Of a DNA stretch of 64,000 nt, positions 56,521 through 64,000 are shown one piece after another. The translations under genes and the position numbers were made by a program. The notes beneath the pieces were generated by a model, which worked only from the letters and a program-made list of their open reading frames with translations, had not been told where the DNA came from and did not search any database. This stretch comes from Eledone cirrhosa. Taxonomy: Eukaryota. Within the stretch, counting starts at the first letter, position 1. Each line of letters starts with the position of its first letter. Location: positions 140,802,001 through 140,866,000 of the forward strand of contig OZ024741.1 in assembly GCA_964016885.1 (NCBI GenBank), written 5' to 3'.

Positions 56521-57285
56521 GCGAGCAACTGAGCAGTTTGTCAAAGACGATACTCTCAATGGACGCGCTTACAATATTTGAATATAACTGAACCGTCGTG
56601 TCATTTAATTTGAAAAGTGGAGCAAAGTAAAAGGAAAATAGTGAATTTGGAGTTTCAATCCCTTGTGATTTTTTTTTTTCTTTTTGTTTTTTTTTTCACT
56701 ACCGGACTTACAGTTTTCCAGGATTTATACTCATATTATTATTTTTTTTTTTTCCTTCAAAAGGATGGAGGCGTTTTATCTCCTCATGAAACTGAAATTA
56801 CTTAATGATGTTCGTCATCTATGGCTTATTCATATGTATTATTCCATAACTCGATAGATAGATAGATATATGTGTGCGCGCGCGCGCGTGCGTGTGTGTG
56901 TGCGTGCGTGCGTGTGTGTGTGTGTGTGTGCATACATGTCTCGATATATGTCTGTCATTACGTCTCTGTGTTGATGTTTTCTCAAATATGTTCAAACTAA
57001 AAAAAAATATATATCAATTAATAGAAATTTGCCTCTAAGTCATCCTGCCTAATAACACAGATCAGATTTTCCCCAAAGCATGTAATGTAATATACTTGTG
57101 AAATGAATTCTTGACTCATTGAAATTATCTCCCATTTTTTTAGAACCTCTAGGAATTGCCGATAGTTTTTTTTTTTTTGTTTGTTTCTTTTGTCAAACTA
57201 AAAGCCATATCTCAATCAATTGAGAATGTTTACTTGTCATTCATTATGTTGGTTCTTTTTCCTATTTAAAAATATACATTTCAAC

Positions 57286-57388
57286 ATACATACATACACG
57301 CACAAATACATACATACATACATACATACATACATACATACATACATACATACATACATACATACATACATACATACATACATACATA
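57286..57388. repeat. (CATA)n microsatellite
   Basis: Directly visible. Confidence 0.95.
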
Positions 57389-59002
57389 GTAAAGCCCACC
57401 TCCTCCCTGAAAGCATCTAACAAATAAACTAAAACATCTATATAATTGTGCTTTATTCAATTAAATTTCAACACTCCGATGAAATAGTGTATTGCCTGAA
57501 GCCGAAAATTTTACTATCGTGAAATATATATTTTAAACATATTTAGCAAACGATCAGATATGCCAGAGGCTTTGTAACAAAGATCATAGTTTTACAGAAT
57601 GTTGATTATTCTATCTAACATTTTCCAGAAGATAAGATCCCATAATACACGTAATAGGTTATGATTTTCCGAGGTTATAAAAAGTAATTAGAATAAAAGT
57701 TATGACAGGTGTGTTTACAACTGGAATTCTTCATAATAATCTCTAACAAATTATTTTCTTTATTAGTTATTATTCATCTTGTAATTAAGTGTTTTGAAAC
57801 TGAACCTTGAGGATGCCAGATAAAATCTTGGAATGATGATATATAACACCATGTTAATTACTATATACTTGATTAATGCTGCGCTTTATAATTTGTTTTA
57901 TGACTGCGAGACTGCTTGACTTGATCAATCATATCAACCCCAGTATTTGTTTGCTGGTCATTGTGAAAAGATTCATCAAGTTTAATGCCATGTGGTTTGA
58001 CAAGTGCTATTCAGTGATCTGATGATAATGTTTCGAAAAAAGAAGTTCTTAAAGAAGATCTTAAATATTAGAATCATTAGATGATAAGGTGGAATTAGGA
58101 ATTGAGAAGACAAAGTAGGATCTGTTCATAAGATCGGACCAAGGAAACAATGTTTCCTATTGTTTTTCCATGTCCGATAATATTTACTAGAACGATATTT
58201 ATTCGTACGAATCTGGTCACTATTACTGTCATAATTCAGAATTTCATACTGCATATGTTGAACTTAAGCAAAATAAATTTCCATTGTGTGGAATGGAATT
58301 GTATTATTCATATGCTAGTTTACTATATGGTCTGTACGCATCTACATGGTCTTGCCTTCGGCTCTTAACTCGTGGTGTTGTACGGATATAGTCATTACAT
58401 AGATTTAATCCTGGACGTTTGAGCATAGTAGATGTATTCCACAGAAATAGAGATAGAGAAATAAATTGTCACAGACAGAGACAAGTAAGAAAGTGAGAAC
58501 ATAGAAAGAATCGATCCCATTATTATCGATAGGATGAAAGTCAAAATTGACCTCGGTGGAATTTCAACAATGAGTGTTGTAAGCCAAAACAAATATTAAG
58601 GTATTTAATCCGATGCACCAAACGAATATTATTGTCAACCGAATTAAAGTCAGAGTGCTTTATATGGATATATGCTTTCCAAGAGCTTTTGAAAGCCTAG
58701 CATCAGTGATAAATTCGAGAGAGAGGACGAAAACGAACCTCAAGTAGGATGATCAGTATGTTACTAAAAAGACTACTGGAAGTTTAGATCTGGAAAATGA
58801 TGAAAGATTTTCAGTTAAATGAAGAGAAATGTCTGCAATGATTTGGAGAATTAGATGATGAATGAGACACAGAATCTTTTTAATTGATAAACTAATTCTG
58901 TGAACAATGAGATATTTTTCGATATGTGCTACATTGTTTTCTTAATAGCTATAAAACAATACTAACGGTATTTTGTCAATTGATTTTAATTCTGTTACAC
59001 TC

Positions 59003-59300
59003 TTTGCTCAATAGATTTTAAACCTCTGCCACACTATTTGCTCGTTATGCGCAATATCTTTAAATTATCTGCAAGAGGCTTTTTTCAATAGTTTTTAAAC
59101 CTCTGGCACGAATCTTGCTCAGCGGCTTTTAAACGTCTGTTGCAGCCTGTAGTCAATAGCTTTTAAACATTTGTCACAGCCTTTCCTGAACAATGTTTAA
59201 AGCTTTGCTATGGTCTTGGCTTAAAAGCATTTAACCTCTCCTGTAATCTTTTCTTTATAGCTTTAAACCTCTGCTTTATTATTTGCTCAATAGATTATTT
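59003..59300. repeat. Degenerate ~38-40-bp minisatellite (~7 units)
   Basis: Recurring TTGCTCAATAG.TTTTAAACCTCTG motif. Confidence 0.65.
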
Positions 59301-60946
59301 TAATATTAGAGAGCAAACAATAGCCAAGTCAGTTTTAGTAGTATGTTTGGCTGGGTTAAGAGTGGTTTTGTTTGAGTGTTGTTTTTTGTGTTTCAGAATT
59401 GTAAGTGATTTTCTTTAGATTATTAGGAATTAGCAAATGGATAGCGTTGTAGACAGGCTCACATATTACAATATTACACTGTACTGGAGTAAATACAAAA
59501 GGAGTATAAATCCACAGATAAGTGCTTTAAGAAAATGTCTACTACGAAGTTAGAAGGTTTATGACAAAAATAAAATAAGGAATTGGGAGATATAGAAAGA
59601 CAAAGAGTTGCTTATTTTAGAGGTCTTAATAGACCAGCTCTTCCCTGATTATGAAATGTCAAGTAATTCATGTCACCGTACAAGGTGAAATATTGAATGG
59701 TCGATTACTGAGATCGACGATTAGACGGGTTACATGACATAGTGAGTTCGCTGTGTGTTGGAATCGCGATTTTAAGGCCGTGAAATAATGTACCTGTGTG
59801 TATATAGTATGAATATATCTCATGCCAAGAAGTGTTGTTATTTGCTTTTCCCTTTCATAATATATGTGGCATGTAGACGAGAGACTGATATGCATGGACG
59901 AATACTTGTCGAAACCGGATGCCCAGGCTTGCACCTTGCAGGTGAACATTTGAAGTGCAACCTCATAGGGAGTAATGACGGAGGGCATGGTGAGTACCTT
60001 TGATTATTAAGTTGTATGAAACTATAGTTATTTCTTATGAATGTAATCCAGTAGCATATATCTTCTGTATTACATTATGGAAGCTAGATTCCGGACTTCA
60101 CCTCTCTCATATCTCATTATAATATACGTCAAGAAAATAACGAGATTAATAATGTTTTGAACATCTGTAAGCTTGGATAAAATCAAATTTAGCGTTTCCG
60201 TATATTACTTCATCCTTCTAAGCAACAATCATATATCTATTGATTATAAATCCAATAATATACATTACAGTCTTTGAGTCCATAATATCGATTTAACAAC
60301 AAAGAATTACGTAGAATATAGCGTCTTGACTGGTGGGAGAATTATGGCAGACAAAATTATACTCAGATCTTTGGAGGTAAAATGACATGTTTTAGTAATA
60401 GAAATATAGATTGTCATTTTATTCATAACATAAGCTGTCAGAGGTACTGTGAATACGACCAATAACAAATTATATCAACCGTATGTACATCTCAGTAAAC
60501 ATATTGACTGAAATTACCTAACAAAGATTTCAAATGTTTGGATTATATATTATATATATTATATATAAAAGAACAATGGGATTACTTTACTTTCAAATAG
60601 TTGAAATATTAAATCGAACAATAACTCAACACGCGAATTCTACCGACGAATGTTGTTGATAAATAAAAGTAATAGATGAAGGATATCAATTATATTTCAT
60701 CGATATGTATTTGGTTCATAAGGGACATGGTGAAATTGTTTTTGTAATTCTCGATTGTTTCAATAACGTATAACATTGGAATAAGCAACAGTGAATAAAA
60801 TATAGCTCTTGGACTTAACAATACTATTATCCATTTCTACGCGATTACGGTCGACAAACCAGGTAAAAAAGCAGGCAAAAAAAATGACATGAAATATATT
60901 AATTGGGAACAAATGAACTTTTCTTCAGAGTTTATCTGCATTATAC

Positions 60947-61129
60947 TGGCAGTATCGGTAGAGCGTCAAGCACCATGCTGTGCAGCATAGATTTATGGCT
61001 TTTTACTTTCTGTGTTCAAATCCTGCCAACGATAACTTTGCCTTTCATCCTTACGGAATCGATAAAATAAAAGCACCAGTATTGCACTGGAATAATTGCT
61101 GGCCTTGTGCCAAAAGTAGAAACAATTAT
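60947..61129 (+). mobile_element. tRNA-derived SINE
   Basis: Same head, core and tail as the 40704 copy. Confidence 0.85.
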
Positions 61130-61776
61130 ATTTGCCAAAACCTATATAAATGTTACAAAACGACTATAAACAAAAAATATATGGTTTTCTCTAAACATAC
61201 ATACGTTATATTATTTGAAACAAGTATTAATACGAAAACGTTAACCTTTCAAGCATTTTGTACAATACAATATTGGATTTCATTGATACAATAGTGAATG
61301 TAGAATGTTAGGGTAATGTTGACTGAATGGAATAATAGAATTATTTATTGATTAGAGCCTTCAATGACTGTCCTTTTGTATTTTTAAAATGATATTCATT
61401 TAACGAAATGGTTGTTTGTTTTCGTGGGCGATTTTCTTTTGATTAGATCAGCAAATTCTTTAGTTACACACGCTGCTATTATTTACAAAGCAATTTATTG
61501 CTTAATAATATCCCTGAATTTGAGGCGTACATATACACATACACATACATACACACACAATATATATATTGTGTGCGTATGTATGTGTGTGTGGGGTGGG
61601 GGGAATGTGTGTTTGGGTGCGTGCGCGTGTGTGTATAACATGTTTATATGTCTTAAGAACATGGGACATAGAATGTCTTACGAAAACGTTCCTCATAAAT
61701 TTCTCTCTATATTGACATTTAATTGCATGTATCATCTCAGTTAATCGAGGTATAACACACAGACACACACACACAC

Positions 61777-61847
<71 letters not shown>

Positions 61848-63368
61848 AGTGAGAGAAATCATAAGGAAACATTCTATACAATATAGAATAGCTTAATTAG
61901 AAGATTATATCTGATACATTATAAATTCATGTAATAACATTGAACATAAATTACTGGTATAATGTATTCACTATGAATCTGTTACGGAAAGCAATACACG
62001 TATGTACAATAACTGCAGTATTTATTGTAAATAATCGTTCGTCATTGCAGTGAGGAAATTGCTACAATTATATCATGAAAATCTCTTGCACATTAATCTA
62101 TCTACATTCTGCAAATTGTTTCGTGATTTTAGGAGAATCAAATTAGATTATTTGACGGTCCTTCACAATTGTTACATCACTGATACAGCTGCGGATAATT
62201 ATATGAATGCCCATTTTTTCTATTTATATTAAAATAAATATTACATATCAGAACGGGTGACCTAATGATTCCGTTGTTGAAGTCACAATAGCATCGTACA
62301 GAGCATTGAATTCTTGAGTTAGACGCTTCATTTCACGTTACATCTCAAGATAGGAATGGATGCCGGATTAAGAAATTGAACTCTAGAAAATTCCCTCTAA
62401 GTTAGTTACAATCGTGTGGAAAATATAGATAACGGTCTTGTACCATAACATCTCATTTTATAAGTGAGTTAGAGTAATTTGGTATTTCCTACAACTGTGT
62501 AAATATTCATGCATGTGGATGCACGCATACATATATCAGTTTCGTATACATATAGGTGATGATCAATTTTAACGTATTGTTATGAATTTTTCTTGCACTA
62601 CTTGCAAGCTATCGAAATGTACAGACAGAAATGTAATCGTCACTTGGATATTGAACGGAAAAAGGATCGGTAATCGTAAGGCTAAGTGTCCCAGCTGAAT
62701 CGCAGGAGAATATAAAAAAATATTTTGTGCCTTTTGTGAGAATATCGGTACTGCGAATTTACTACTTCATCACCTTTTGCTATTTCCTAAACTAATGACC
62801 ATACATATGTCATTGTATTAGTCCATTTCAGGTAATAAACATTTTTACAATGTATTTGCTATTATGAATTCAGGCAAGGTGAATTGCTGTGTGCTTGAGA
62901 AAAGCACACTGCGTCATTTTGAATCTCCCTGAAAAATATGTTAATGGTACAGGTGTCAGTGAAATGCTCAGCTTTTCACAATTTAATTTCATCAGCCGAT
63001 TATTCCATTTTGCGTGAAACTTTAATATTCATTGCTAAATTGAACCTGTAATCAAAAGGGTCAGCAATGTCATAAAATGGCTTCAAGGTGAATACCCCTG
63101 AGAATTATGTAAATAGTCCATCTGTTTGGGGAATGCTCAGTCACTCGCTCGCTAATTTCATAAGTAGTAGTTTCCAATGTTTAAACACCATTGTACGAAT
63201 TAACGGGGGTACTATGCATACACCAATACACACAGTGTTTACATTCAAACTATTATCGCAAAAATAAATTATAAAAGAGAGTTTATATTTTATATTTAGT
63301 TAAGTCGTTCCTCCATCAACTGTCTGAATCTGATCCTTATTTTTCATTGTTATTTATGTATAGTCAAG

Positions 63369-63560
63369 GGCGGTGGATTGGCAGTATCGGTAGAGGGTCT
63401 GACGCCATGTTTTACAGCTAAGAGTTACATCCCTTTATTGTCTGAGTTCAAATCTCGCCGAGGTTAAGTGCGCCTTTCATCCTTACGGGGTCGATAAAAT
63501 AAAGTACCAGTAACGCACTGGGATAATTGCTGGCCTTCTGCCAAAAGTAGAAACAATTAT
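63369..63560 (+). mobile_element. tRNA-derived SINE
   Basis: GGCGGTGGATTGGCAGTATCGGTAGAG..GAGTTCAAATCTCGCC..GTAGAAACAATTAT. Confidence 0.88.
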
Positions 63561-64000
63561 TTCTGTATAATGACATTTCTCTCTATTTCTCAGTAGTTGC
63601 ACAAAATCTAAAATGAAGCTGTACATTAATGATGTCTTTTAAAACAGTTTCTCGATAACGGTGATGCGATCATGTAAGTATAACCAGCTTTCTAAAGTAT
63701 AACGTATTTCTATGTATAACCTGTTTCAACGTATTGCGAATACATTGAAACAGAACAATAAAACAAGAAGTTTGGTTTGTTCAATTAATGCTAAAACAAC
63801 ATTGTGCACATCAAAGATTAGAATATTGATTTCATTTACAAGGAAATATATTTCGAAATCATTTCCAGTTAATGGTTATGATTTCATATTTGAATTACTG
63901 CCTACTGAACAAGAAAATTTTGACTCGAAACCAAATGCCGAAACACAAACAATTGTTGAATTGTTTTCTGAACATGAATAATTCACACTGAGACCACTTT

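Noticed and set aside
56520-64000. Possible host exons among the short ORFs
   Set aside because: No recognisable domains, coding bias or coherent splice structure.

Overview
AT-rich, microsatellite-laden eukaryotic non-genic DNA with no recognisable host exons. The recurring SINE (GAGTTCAAATCCCGCC...TTTGCCTTTCATCCT...GTCGATAAAATAAAGTACCAG) and the (TA)n density resemble octopus/cephalopod genomes; this is an inference. The window is mostly decayed retroelements: several Penelope-like (RT/GIY-YIG) fragments, one CR1, a 5'-inverted RTE, four pieces of one L1/Tx1-like family, a GC-rich CRE-like (RT + restriction-like endonuclease) element with an N-terminal PHD finger, non-autonomous Helitrons and SINEs. 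The most notable signal is non-coding: about a dozen type I hammerhead ribozyme motifs, some with intact cores and some degenerate. They occur once per unit in a 542-bp tandem array (retrozyme/circRNA-like), at both outer ends of a 3.4-kb palindrome, in a ~470-bp dispersed family and in Penelope 3' tails. The window also has many fold-back duplications, several centred on (TA)n. Almost all listed ORFs over (TA)n/(CA)n/(GA)n tracts are spurious. All folds were paired by eye, and element boundaries are approximate unless stated otherwise.
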